This document shows positions 1-13,000 of a DNA stretch of 64,000 nucleotides, in pieces. The notes under the pieces were generated by a model, which saw only the letters and a list, made by a program, of their open reading frames with translations, made no database searches and was not told where the DNA came from. Location of the stretch: NCBI GenBank assembly GCA_951406725.2, contig OX597817.1, positions 171,554,001 to 171,618,000 of the forward strand, given 5' to 3'. The first letter of the stretch is position 1, and each line of letters begins with the position of its first letter. A program made the translations under genes and the position numbers. The stretch comes from Octopus vulgaris. Lineage: Eukaryota.

Positions 1-461
1 CAAAGAAATAAATCAACCTGCTTAAATGCACATTACAAATACATTCCATAACTGGAACAGTAAAAATATACAAGACTTTTCTCAAGTTCAGAGTGTAACA
101 TTGTTCTTTTTTTTTTTTTAATCTACAGTCCAATGATGGACCTTTGTATCTTTGTTAGAAATCAGCCCCTTCCTTAGAAGAAGACTTCAAATAATTAAAA
201 GTAAAAGAGAATAAACATACTGATAGGGCACAGAAAGTGTGTCAATAGCCAGGTGGAGGAGGTGTCCTCCTGGGGCTACAAGGTACAGTAGCATCCACTC
301 TTAGGGGTTAGCCACATCTGAGTGGCAAATATACCTCATGATGTATTGCAGCTACTGTTTATACCTCACTCAGAGAATAAACATACATATGTATGTACAT
401 AAATAATAATAATAATGAAATTATTGTATACAGTGCTCAGGTGCACCATACATACATACAT

Positions 462-860
462 AATGATTACAAGTGTAGGTTTATACTTGTAAATTTTGTG
501 GCACTGGGATATGTAACAAATTGCCTATGCACCAATCTTGAGAAATTAGGCTTCTCAAACTCAGGAAGGAGAAAGCTAACTCAAAGACTACAGATCCAAG
601 CCATCACTGGAACTTCAAAAATTTGTAAAACTTTTCAGATATACAACTATAAGCATGAGAATACATACATAAAACAAAGCATATAAATTTGCACATGCAC
701 TGGCTCTAAAAACTGCACACATACACACAAACATGCACAAATACCCTGTTGATGTTGGTGAAATTCCAATGAAGGAACCTTGGATCTGGGTTAGAAATCA
801 GCTCTTTCTCTATTGGCAAGAAATCTTGAAATAAAACTGAATAACGACATTCATACACAT
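462..860 (+). mobile_element. 3' fragment of an RLE-clade (R4/Dong-like) non-LTR retrotransposon
   Basis: ORF 393-686 contains DYKCRFILVNFVALGYVTNCLCTNLEKLGFS...LQIQAITGTSKICKTF, resembling the C-terminal 'PIIIGALG...L..LG...LQ....GT.KI' motif of restriction-like-endonuclease LINEs. A 3' UTR-like tail with aataaa follows. Confidence 0.7.
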
Positions 861-1401
861 TTCTTTAATAATAGCTGCTGCTTGTAGATTGGTTAGGAGG
901 TTGGTTGAATTCCCTGTCATGCTTTATATTGTATAGAGAGAGGGGGAGAGAAAGAGCGAGAGAGAGAGAGAGAGAGAGAGAGAGTAAAAGCCAGATAAAG
1001 GGAGATATGTAGGATGAGTGCATATACCAGCATCTCTTTTCATTCTTATAACATTCTGAGAAATTAGATTTATGAAAGTTTTACTCAGTTTAGCTTTTAC
1101 GACGGAGTAGATTGAGATTATGTTGATAAAATTTAGAAAAATGATACTATATATTTATTGCAAATATGCAAACGAGAAACTTGTCTCATTTAATTTCATT
1201 TTAAAGTAAGAAATATTTTCCATTCGAAAGATAGTATTCATTTCATCATTTTGTTTAAGTACCAAGAAACAAGATAAAAGTTAAATCATAATTATTGTAT
1301 GTATGTTATATTTACTGATATTACCCATGGTAGAAAAAGTATACTTCCAAAGTTATTCACCATATGATGTGTAACACTCCATTATATATATATATATACA
1401 T

Positions 1402-1807
1402 CTCTTTTACTCTTTTACTTGTTTCAGTCATTTGACTGCGGCCATGCTGGAGCACCGCCTTTTAGTCGAGCAAATCGACCCCGGGACTTATTCTTTGTAA
1501 GCCCAGTACTTATTCAATCGGTCTCTTTTGCCGAACCGCTAAGTGACGGGGATGTAAACACACCAGCATCGGTTGTCAAGCAATGCTAGGGGGACAATCA
1601 CAGACACACGAACACATACACACACATATATATATGTACATATATACGACAGGCTTCTTTCAGTTTCCGTCTACCAAATCCACTCACAAGGCTTTGGTCG
1701 GCCCGAGGCTATAGTAGAAGACACTTGCCCAAGGTGCCACACAGTGGGACTGAACCCGGAACCATGTGGTTGGTAAACAAGCTACTTACCACACAGCCAC
1801 TCCGGCG

Positions 1808-1809
<2 letters not shown>
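1402..1809 (-). mobile_element. tRNA-derived SINE family A, full length
   Basis: Head ggcg(c/a)ggagtggctgtgtggtaag (A box) and ggttcagtccc (B box), internal (TA)/(TG) tract, 3' tail gactgaaacaagtaaaagag. Many near-identical copies in the window. Confidence 0.9.
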
Positions 1810-1859
<50 letters not shown>

Positions 1860-1898
1860 CATATATTCATATATATATATATATATATACATATATAC

Positions 1899-1946
<48 letters not shown>

Positions 1947-2100
1947 GTATATATATATACATATATATATATACATATATATATATACACATATATATAT
2001 ATACATATATATATATATACATATATATAATATATACATATACACATACATATATAATATATACATATATATATATAATATATATAAATATATATATCAT

Positions 2101-2139
<39 letters not shown>

Positions 2140-3064
2140 TGTATGTGTATAAATATATATATATACTTATATATATATAGATAGATAGATTGGAAAAAAA
2201 ATGAACAGAAATGGCTTTTCTGATAATTCTTATATTTAAATAATTATATGTTTATAAATTATTAGGTGTTTACATTTGCAAACACCTAATAATTTATAAT
2301 AATTTATAAACACCTAATTATTAAAGTGGAAAAAATTATCAGAAAAGCTATTACTATTCAATTTTTCAAATATATAACATTGTACCATAGACTTCCTGTT
2401 TCTAATCCTACAATACATATATATGTATATATATATATATAACCATGTAAGTCACATTATATGGATTCAAGTAATTGGGTAGTAATCATGAAAAAAGCTA
2501 CTTAATGTATCATTTTAAGAACATACAGAATATGTAATACAAGAGAAAATAAGGTGAGTGTAAAGTCTGAGGACATAGCTTAAATTCTGCATTATTTTGA
2601 AAGACTTTCTTGCATTTTGCATTAGTGTAGGCATGTTGGTAATTTACTCTATAATAATATAAATCATTTACATGTTTTTAAGTTATGAAACAATTTGTTT
2701 CATCAAAATATTTCTCTGTCATTTGTGACTGTATAAATAAACATTTATGTATGCATACGTGCATTTATATATGAAAGGTTAGTATACAGTTTCTCCCAAT
2801 GTACTACTCTGATAAGGCATTGGTCTATCAAGCGCTATAGCAGAAGAGGACTTGCTCAGAGTAACATGCGGTGAGATAGAACACACAACAACATTATGAA
2901 GTGAAAGGATTATCCCCACAGCAATGTCTTCCTGTATGATGTAATATAAGCTTATCCCTCATGTCCCGACAAAGGTAATACACGGATGCCTGTCTTTTGA
3001 AATTTCCTTTCAATTGTATTTTGCAAAACACACCATTTTACAGTTTTATTCAATTCTGTGTTTG

Positions 3065-3107
<43 letters not shown>

Positions 3108-3400
3108 GAGAGAGGTGGGGAGAGAGAAAGGAAGAGAGAGAGAGAAAGAGAGTGGAAGAGAGAGAGGAAGAGAAAGAAAGAGAAAGAGAGAGAGAGAGGG
3201 ATATGGAGCCGTTCCGCTGTGGCCATGCTGGTGCAATGACTTGAAGGTTTTAGTCAAACAAATTGACTCAGTATTTCTTTTGTTTTTTAAAAACAAAGTC
3301 CTGGGGTCAATTTGTTTGTTGTCCATTGTTGAACTGTTATGTTATGGCAAGTGTAAAGAGACCAAAATCAGTTCTCAAAGACAAATGTAAAGACATGTGG

Positions 3401-3433
<33 letters not shown>

Positions 3434-4202
3434 TGTATCAGGTACAGCATATATTTGCTCATTATTCATTTTATGTTTAGGCTAAGTCTAATGAAATTTT
3501 ACAGGCTGATTGCTTTATAAATTGACAACATCTTACATTTATTTACAATTCAAAATGACCTCCCTTGCTTTCACCTTACTTAGTTCTTTACATAAGCCAT
3601 TTTCCATTTCACAATTCTTTCTACCAGCTATCATTAATGCTGCAATTTGTTTATGCTTTATTTTGAGCCAGCATATTTAATTAATGGTAAACAATAAAAC
3701 AAAAGAATATGATGTCTTATACAACATTTTTGTAGATAAGAATGCTTTAATCTATATTAAAATCATGGGTAAATTATTTTGTTTAAAATCGTGGCTGAAG
3801 CCAGTGCCGCCTCGACTGGCTTCTGTGCAGGTGGCACGTAAAATGCACCAATCCGACCGTGGCCGATGCCAGCCTCGCCTGGCACCAGTGCAGGTGGCAC
3901 GTAAAAAGCACCCACTACACTCACGGAGTGGTTGGCATTAGGAAGGGCATCCAGCTGTAGAAACATTGCCAAATAAGACCGGAGCCTGGTGCAGCCTTCT
4001 GGCTTCCCAAATCCCCGGTCGAACCGTCCAACCCATCCTAGCATGGAGAACGAACGTTAAACGATGATGATGATGATGAAGGAATAACAAATATGTTGCA
4101 ACTGGTACAAACATACATACATATGTACTTACGTACATATGTATGTATGGATGCATGCATATATGTATGTATGTAGTTATACACACACACACACATACAC
4201 AC

Positions 4203-4238
<36 letters not shown>

Positions 4239-4410
4239 ACACATGGACTGAACCTGGAACCATGTGATTGGGAAGCAAGCGTCTTACCACACAATCACAC
4301 CTGTGCCTACACACACACACACGCACAAACAAACGCACACACACACATAAATATATATATGCTCCAGCATGGCTGCAGTCAAATGACTGAAACCAGTAAG
4401 AGTAAAAGAA

Positions 4411-4815
4411 TTGTTGTTGGCATCCTTTTGTCTCAGGAGACAATGGAGTTGCACATAAACTAATCCAATCTGGTTTTTACATTTCACGTCCTCTCCAGTT
4501 TCCTCTCCAGTTTTGCGTAAGCCTGAGCTAGATGTAAGAAAATCCTGGGTAGCCCAATCGTCAGGATTCCTCTCTCGACCTTGCTGACGTAGTCCAAAGG
4601 AGTGCAGAGCATTGCATATAGCACCAGCTTGGTTGCAGGAGCTGCTGGAAGAGTGTTGAGTCGAACACTAACCGCCTATGGGGCTCCACTCTGGATTTCT
4701 TTGAAGGTTGTCTCCTTTCTGTAACCCTGGATAAGGGCCCATACCAGGTAATGTCATCCAGAGCTGGCTGAGCCTGGGACTCATGTCAGGCAGGGTTGTC
4801 ACTCCCTGAAGTACT
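4411..4815 (-). mobile_element. Non-autonomous RTE-derived element (5'-UTR-like part joined to the RTE 3' tail)
   Basis: The minus strand ends gcaactccattgtctcctgagacaaaaggatgccaacaacaa, nearly identical to the RTE 3' end at 38268-38310. The upstream part resembles RTE 5' UTRs (recalled) and there is no ORF. Confidence 0.65.
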
Positions 4816-6859
4816 GAAGAAAATCACTACCAAAGAGTAAAAGAATATATATACACATACATACAGTGGGTTTCTTACAATTTCTGTCAATAAGCTTTAC
4901 CCACAAGGCATCGGTTAGCCTTGAGCATCTTGCCCAAGGTACTGCACAGTGGAACTGAAGCCAAAAGGACCACGTGGGTGGGAAGCAAACTTCTTAAACA
5001 TACAGCTTTGCTTGCACCATCCAGTTCCTGTTACTGACTGGTTTCATGGTAAATAACCTTCCAAGTGTGGAAACACAGAACCATTTGGTGTTGAGACTAA
5101 ATTTATAATACTATAGACACATAATATGCTCACTTTATTACCTAATATATGAGTGCCAACCTTTTTTCTGACTTGTTGGAGAACTATATATGTGTGTGTG
5201 TGTGCCTATGCGTATGCATATATATATATGTATGTATATATGTATATATGTATGTATATACATCTATATATATATATATGTATGCATGTATGTATGCATA
5301 TATGTATGTATTTACATGTGTTAGTATGTATGTATGGAAATAAACTGAAACTGTATACTGTGCATTAGCCAATCTTACTTTTCATCACCTAACTGAGAGC
5401 TGTAGTATACTTAGTGAATGAACGAAAGCAACCTTGAATAACAACACATAAAATGGCCGACAGAAGTTACTAAAGCCAACATAAATTGCTTTAACTATTA
5501 AAATGAATAACTATTTTCAAAGTTATTGAAGGTGATTAACTTTCTAAATTTATTGAATTCATCAATTTTAAAACTATTTCTTATTTGATGTTGTTTAGTT
5601 TCTAATAGGATTCACTGGCTGATATAATTTTCTCAGACAGATTTGCATCTATAAATCAATTATGCTTTTCTCGGCCATTTGGCAAACAGGCAGCTTTGGT
5701 GAGGTGCCACATTAATGGTGTCATGAAATTTTCTGTAAGAATTCCAGCATCTGATATCTACAATAATATTGAAGTCTTCATTGTAAAAGGAAAAGCTTTT
5801 GCTTTGGTTCTATTATTATCTTTTCTTGAAGAATATAGGAAGTATCATATCTCAATAAGTTTTCTGTTGATGGAATAATGATATTTATTATAGACAGACA
5901 GATCTCAGATCTCACATTTGTCAGCAACAACTTAACCCTATTAATACCATCTCACCTGAGACAAACTCTGCTTCTCTTATTTTAAAAACAATTTAAACTA
6001 AAGCCTGCCATCAATATTTTGTGTTAATCTGTTTTCCAAACAAAATGGTGGTGAGCTGGCTGAATCATTATTGCACTGGGCAAAATGCTTTGCAGCATTA
6101 TGTTCTGAGTTCAAATTCTGCAGAGGTTGACTTTGCCTTTTATCCTTTTGGGGTCAATAAAATAAGTTCCAGTTGAGCGCTGGGGTCCATTAATAGTTTC
6201 AGTCCCTCCCCCAATCTTGTTGGCCTTGTGCCAAAATTTGAAATCAATATTTTGGGTCAATATATTTTCCAAACTAAGGTGGTGAGCTGGCAGAATCAGA
6301 GCCAAATGCTAGCAGTGTTATGTTCTGAGTTCAAATTCCTCCAAGGTTGACTTCAATTTTCATCCTGGGGCTGATGTAACTGACTTAATCCCACCTCTTA
6401 ACACGCTTGCCTTGTGCCAAAATTTGAAATCAATATATTTTCTAAGCATCAGCTCGATGATGACAAAAAATAATTTCACAAAATACTTCATTATTCATAA
6501 AATTAATCGATACAACACCAAGAAGAAATATGGTAATAAATGGGTGAAACATTTGTTGTTATTTTTTAACATCTTGGCTCTATAGTTAGGAAATTTACTT
6601 CCCAACCACATGGTTTTGGGTTCAGTCCTATTTAGTGGCACCTCAAGAAAGTGTTATCTACAATAGTCAACCAAAACCCTGGATTTGGGAGACAGAAAGT
6701 TGTCCATACTGGCATGGGTTGGATGGTTTGACTAGAGCTGCACCAGATCCCAATCTGATTTGGCATGGGCTCTACAGTTGGATGCCCTTCCTAAAGCCAA
6801 CTACTTTACAAAGTGTGCTAGGTGCTTTTATGTGGCATCATATGGGCACTTTTATGTGG

Positions 6860-7200
6860 CCCCACATGGGCACATTATATATGGCACTGCACAAGTGCTT
6901 TTATATAGCACCACATGGGCACATTTTACATGGCACTGCACAAGTGCTTTTATATAGCACCACATGGGCACATTTTACATGGCACTGCACAAGTGCTTTT
7001 ATATAGCACCACATGGGCACATTTTACATGGCACTGCACAAGTGCTTTTATATAGCACCACATGGGCACATTTTACATGGCACTGCACAAGTGCTTTTAT
7101 ATAGCACCACATGGGCACATTTTACATGGCACTGCACAAGTGCTTTTATATAGCACCACATGGGCACATTTTACATGGCACTGCACAAGCGCTTTTATGT
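6860..7200. repeat. 49-bp minisatellite (~7 copies) expanded inside an RTE-tailed SINE-like element
   Basis: ccacatgggcacattttacatggcactgcacaagtgcttttatatagca recurs at 6911, 6960, 7009 and onward. It follows the tggatgcccttcctaa...gtgcttttatgtggca body of the element that starts at ~6703. Confidence 0.9.
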
Positions 7201-7285
7201 GACACCATATGAGCGCTTTTACATGGCATCACACAGGTGCTTTTACATAGTACCATCATGAGTGCTTTACACCATCAGAGGGACC

Positions 7286-7316
<31 letters not shown>

Positions 7317-7639
7317 TACACACTCATATAAATGTGTATGTGTATTCATGTGTATGTATGTGTGTATGTCCTTGTCTTGACATCAACAGACAGTTGCAAG
7401 TGAGTACCAGTGTCATATAAGCAGTGTCCTTCATTCCCAGTCTTCCAGGAAAACATGTCTAGCCATGAGGAAATATTACTTTGCTTGGAAACAGGTAAAA
7501 GGTTGGTGACTAGAAACAGGTGAAAGGTTGGTGCCTCAACAAATTCTTCCTGACCCATGCAAACATGGCAAAGTGGATGTTAAAATAAAGGATGATGATG
7601 ATGATGATGTGCCTAGCCATGAAGTGGCAGACTTACTCT

Positions 7640-7972
7640 GTTTGCCAAATTTAAGAGTTAATAAATTGCCAAATTTGAGAGATTCAAATATTTCCAGATT
7701 TAAGGAATTCAAAGATTACTGGATTTAAGGAGCCCAATCATTAGGAAATTTAAGATGTCCAAAAATTTTCAGATTTGAAAAGTACCTAAAATTGTGAGAT
7801 TTAAGAAGTCAAAAAGTTGCTAGATTAAAGGGGTCCAAAAATTGCCAAATTTAAGGGGTCTAAAAATGATCAAATTTAAACCCACCCAAAATTTCCAGAT
7901 TTAAGAGGTCAAGAGGTCCAAAAATTATCAAATTTAGACAGTCCAAAAATTGTCAAATTGAAGGAGTCCAAC
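7640..7972. repeat. Degenerate ~25-27-bp tandem repeat
   Basis: Recurring aaaattgccaaatttaaggggtcc-like units. Confidence 0.7.
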
Positions 7973-8859
7973 CTGTACATGCTTTACTGATTGTGGTGGA
8001 TTTTGAATACAGAATATAAGAGAGACTGTAACTAAGTAGTGCAAGGCATTTGTCTAATACTCTACTGCTACAGTTAATATATAAACCATAAACAGCTTGA
8101 TTTATCAGAGATAGAAAGAAGCATCATATCTGGTACAAACATTAGTTCAAACTTTAACCACTATCATTCTATTGTATTCAAAACCAATGCACAATATATT
8201 TTCTTACCTTAGCAAAGGGAAGAAAAAAAGGAAAAAAAAAATATCAAGCCAAACAATAAATTCTATATGCACTTCATTGTTCATATGTTTAATATCAAAA
8301 GAGGAAATCCTATCTATTGAATATCTCTTGCAGCATTTCAATTGAAACATATCTAAACATGAAGTGTATGTGCAAGAAAAAACAGCTGTGCTGGTAGGCA
8401 CGTGTGTAATGCAAAATGGATGCTGTGTGGCGATACTGTGATATTGTGTTGGGAGATGGCTACGATAGCAGTAATAATAATAATAATAATAATGACAATG
8501 GCGATGATGATGATGATGGTGATGATGGTGATAACAACAACAAAATTAGAAACTGAAGTAATGTAGACTAAACAGAAGCTTGAGGCAAAGTAAGTATGGC
8601 GATAAAGTTCTCGGCCTTTCAGATTGGATGAAATAATGCTGAATCCACTGAACATAGATAAATATATATATACACATGTGTGTGTGAGTGTGTGTGTGTA
8701 TCTGTGTGTGTGTGTGTGTGTGTGTGTGTATACATAGACATATACACATATACATATCTGATTATGCACATATATATGTGTGTGTATATACATAGATATA
8801 TATACATATACATATCTGATTATACACATATGTGTGTGTGTGTGTGTGTGTATGTATGA

Positions 8860-8901
<42 letters not shown>

Positions 8902-9015
8902 TACATGTACACACACACAATATATATTTAAATATTGTGTATATATTCGTATATATTCATATATATATATATATCATCATCATCGTTTAACGTCCGCTCA
9001 CCATGCTAGCATATA

Positions 9016-9049
<34 letters not shown>

Positions 9050-9571
9050 TAGAATACATATTGTGTGTGTGCTTGCGTGTGTCTATATATATATATATAT
9101 TAGTCCATAATGAAAAATGGACATATTACCATCATCATCATCATCATCATCATATACATATACATATGTACACTGTAACATGGACTAAATCTTGTGGCAC
9201 ATGGATTATGCCAGTCGTATTTCTTGTAAGTTGACCTACCATGTAGAAGAAAGCTTATCAAAGTCAGCTGTTTGACCCAGGAAGGTGGTTGGCTCAAACT
9301 TTAAAATTGTTATATAAGTTAAAGGGAGTGAAAGACGATGTGGTTGGCAAACAAGCTTCTGAACCACATCTATTATAAACAGTCATTGTCATCATCATCA
9401 TCAGCATCAGCATCTTTTAATGTCTGTTTTCTGTCTATTGTAAACAAATAAACAAAAGTATAAATTAAAGAAACATGGCCAAAATTTGTTGGTATTCCCA
9501 TACATGCAATATAGATGGCCATTGCAACTCTCATATTAGATAATGTCCTGACTGAGTGTAATATAGGTATG

Positions 9572-9612
<41 letters not shown>

Positions 9613-9663
9613 GAGGGTACTATTATTCATAGGTACCGCACGCTAGGAGGGACTTTTGCAGTA

Positions 9664-9712
<49 letters not shown>

Positions 9713-10025
9713 ATGTATATATGCATAAATAAATGTGGAGTTTATAATTTTGCTGAATCATTGCAAGAAGGTATCAAAAAGATGTTAGTAAAAGGAAGAG
9801 GGTGATAATTTTAAAAGTCTAAGAACCACTGATTTAGGTCACTTCTTGGCTCATAGAATATCGTTTGCATTGCTGAATTGCTTAGATATTCCCTAACTGC
9901 TTTGAACCTTGAATGCTTGACTGGTTTAGAGCATCAAGTTCATTTCTGGCAGATCAGACAATCATGTAGAGGCTCCTGCGTTAGTTCAGTTATGATAGAA
10001 AATGAGCAGCACAATGACATTTTGG

Positions 10026-13000
10026 ACATGGTGGGATCAATTTTGTTGATACCCAGCTTAAACATCTGTATATCAATGTGAGCCAGAAAAATAGAGTGGT
10101 TGCACATGGTGGGATCAATGTTGTTGATACCCAGCTTAAATATCTGTATATTAATGTGAGCCAGAAAAATAGAGTGGCTGCACATGGTGGGATCAATTTT
10201 GTTGATACCCAGCTTAAACATCTGTATATCAATGTGAGCCAGAAAAATAGAGTGGCTGCACATGGTGGGATCAATGTTGTTGATACCCAGATTAAACATC
10301 TGTATATCAATGTGAGCCAGAAAAATAGAGTGGCTGCACATGGTGGGATCAATTTTGTTGATACCCAGCTTAAACATCTGTATATCAATGTGAGCCAGAA
10401 AAATAGAGTGGCTGCACATGGTGGGATCAATGTTGTTGATACCCAGCTTAAACATCTGTATATCAATGTGAGCCAGAAAAATAGAGTGGCTGCACATGGT
10501 AGGATCAATTTTGTTGATACCCAGCTTAAACATCTGTATATCAATGTGAGCCAGAAAAATAGAGTGGCTGCACATGGTGGGATCAATGTTGTTGATACCC
10601 AGCTTAAACATCTGTATATCAATGTGAGCCAGAAAAATAGAGTGGCTGCACATGGTGGGATCAATGTTGTTGATACCCAGCTTAAACATCTGTATATCAA
10701 TGTGAGCCAGAAAAATAGAGTGGCTGCACATGGTGGGATCAATGTTGTTGATACCCAGCTTAAACATCTGTATATCAATGTGAGCCAGAAAAATAGAGTG
10801 GCTGCACATGGTGGGATCAGTGTTGTTGATACCCAGCTTAAACATCTGTATATCAATGTGAGCCAGAAAAATAGAGTGGCTGCACATGGTGGGATCAGTG
10901 TTGTTGATACCCAGCTTAAACATCTGTATATCAATGTGAGCCAGAAAAATAGAGTGGCTGCACATGGTGGGATCAGTGTTGTTGATACCCAGCTTAAACA
11001 TCTGTATATCAATGTGAGCCAGAAAAATAGAGTGGCTGCACATGGTGGGATCAGTGTTGTTGATACCCAGCTTAAACATCTGTATATCAATGTGAGCCAG
11101 AAAAATAGAGTGGCTGCACATGGTGGGATCAATGTTGTTGATACCCAGCTTAAACATCTGTATATCAATGTGAGCCAGAAAAATAGAGTGGCTGCACATG
11201 GTGGGATCAGTGTTGTTGATACCCAGCTTAAACATCTGTATATCAATGTGAGCCAGAAAAATAGAGTGGCTGCACATGGTGGGATCAGTGTTGTTGATAC
11301 CCAGCTTAAACATCTGTATATCAATGTGAGCCAGAAAAATAGAGTGGCTGCACATGGTGGGATCAGTGTTGTTGATACCCAGCTTAAACATCTGTATATC
11401 AATGTGAGCCAGAAAAATAGAGTGGCTGCACATGGTGGGATCAGTGTTGTTGATACCCAGCTTAAACATCTGTATATCAATGTGAGCCAGAAAAATAGAG
11501 TGGCTGCACATGGTGGGATCAATGTTGTTGATACCCAGCTTAAACATCTGTATATCAATGTGAGCCAGAAAAATAGAGTGGCTGCACATGGTGGGATCAG
11601 TGTTGTTGATACCCAGCTTAAACATCTGTATATCAATGTGAGCCAGAAAAATAGAGTGGCTGCACATGGTGGGATCAGTGTTGTTGATACCCAGCTTAAA
11701 CATCTGTATATCAATGTGAGCCAGAAAAATAGAGTGGCTGCACATGGTGGGATCAGTGTTGTTGATACCCAGCTTAAACATCTGTATATCAATGTGAGCC
11801 AGAAAAATAGAGTGGCTGCACATGGTGGGATCAATGTTGTTGATACCCAGCTTAAACATCTGTATATCAATGTGAGCCAGAAAAATAGAGTGGCTGCACA
11901 TGGTGGGATCAGTGTTGTTGATACCCAGCTTAAACATCTGTATATCAATGTGAGCCAGAAAAATAGAGTGGCTGCACATGGTGGGATCAGTGTTGTTGAT
12001 ACCCAGCTTAAACATCTGTATATCAATGTGAGCCAGAAAAATAGAGTGGCTGCACATGGTGGGATCAATGTTGTTGATACCCAGCTTAAACATCTGTATA
12101 TCAATGTGAGCCAGAAAAATAGAGTGGCTGCACATGGTGGGATCAGTGTTGTTGATACCCAGCTTAAACATCTGTATATCAATGTGAGCCAGAAAAATAG
12201 AGTGGCTGCACATGGTGGGATCAATGTTGCTGATACCCAGCTTAAACATCTGTATATCAATGTGAGCCAGAAAAATAGAGTGGCTGCACATGGTGGGATC
12301 AATGTTGTTGATACCCAGCTTAAACATCTGTATATCAATGTGAGCCAGAAAAATAGAGTGGCTGCACATGGTGGGATCAGTGTTGTTGATACCCAGCTTA
12401 AACATCTGTATATCAATGTGAGCCAGAAAAATAGAGTGGCTGCACATGGTGGGATCAATGTTGCTGATACCCAGCTTAAACATCTGTATATCAATGTGAG
12501 CCAGAAAAATAGAGTGGCTGCACATGGTGGGATCAATGTTGTTGATACCCAGCTTAAACATCTGTATATCAATGTGAGCCAGAAAAATAGAGTGGCTGCA
12601 CATGGTGGGATCAGTGTTGTTGATACCCAGCTTAAACATCTGTATATCAATGTGAGCCAGAAAAATAGAGTGGCTGCACATGGTGGGATCAGTGTTGTTG
12701 ATACCCAGCTTAAACATCTGTATATCAATGTGAGCCAGAAAAATAGAGTGGCTGCACATGGTGGGATCAATGTTGTTGATACCCAGCTTAAACATCTGTA
12801 TATCAATGTGAGCCAGAAAAATAGAGTGGCTGCACATGGTGGGATCAGTGTTGTTGATACCCAGCTTAAACATCTGTATATCAATGTGAGCCAGAAAAAT
12901 AGAGTGGCTGCACATGGTGGGATCAATGTTGTTGATACCCAGCTTAAACATCTGTATATCAATGTGAGCCAGAAAAATAGAGTGGCTGCACATGGTGGGA

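Noticed and set aside
1709-2184. Numerous IY/YI-, HT/CV-, RE/LS-, poly-N/I/K/L-rich ORFs here and throughout the window
   Set aside because: Translations of (TA)n, (CA)n, (GA)n, (AAT)n and (CTT)n microsatellites.
9990-10050. hAT transposase-like CxxH motif (TKLIPPCPKCHCAAHFLS) on the minus strand
   Set aside because: No upstream catalytic D-G-A/N motif or downstream homology; a short match that could be chance.
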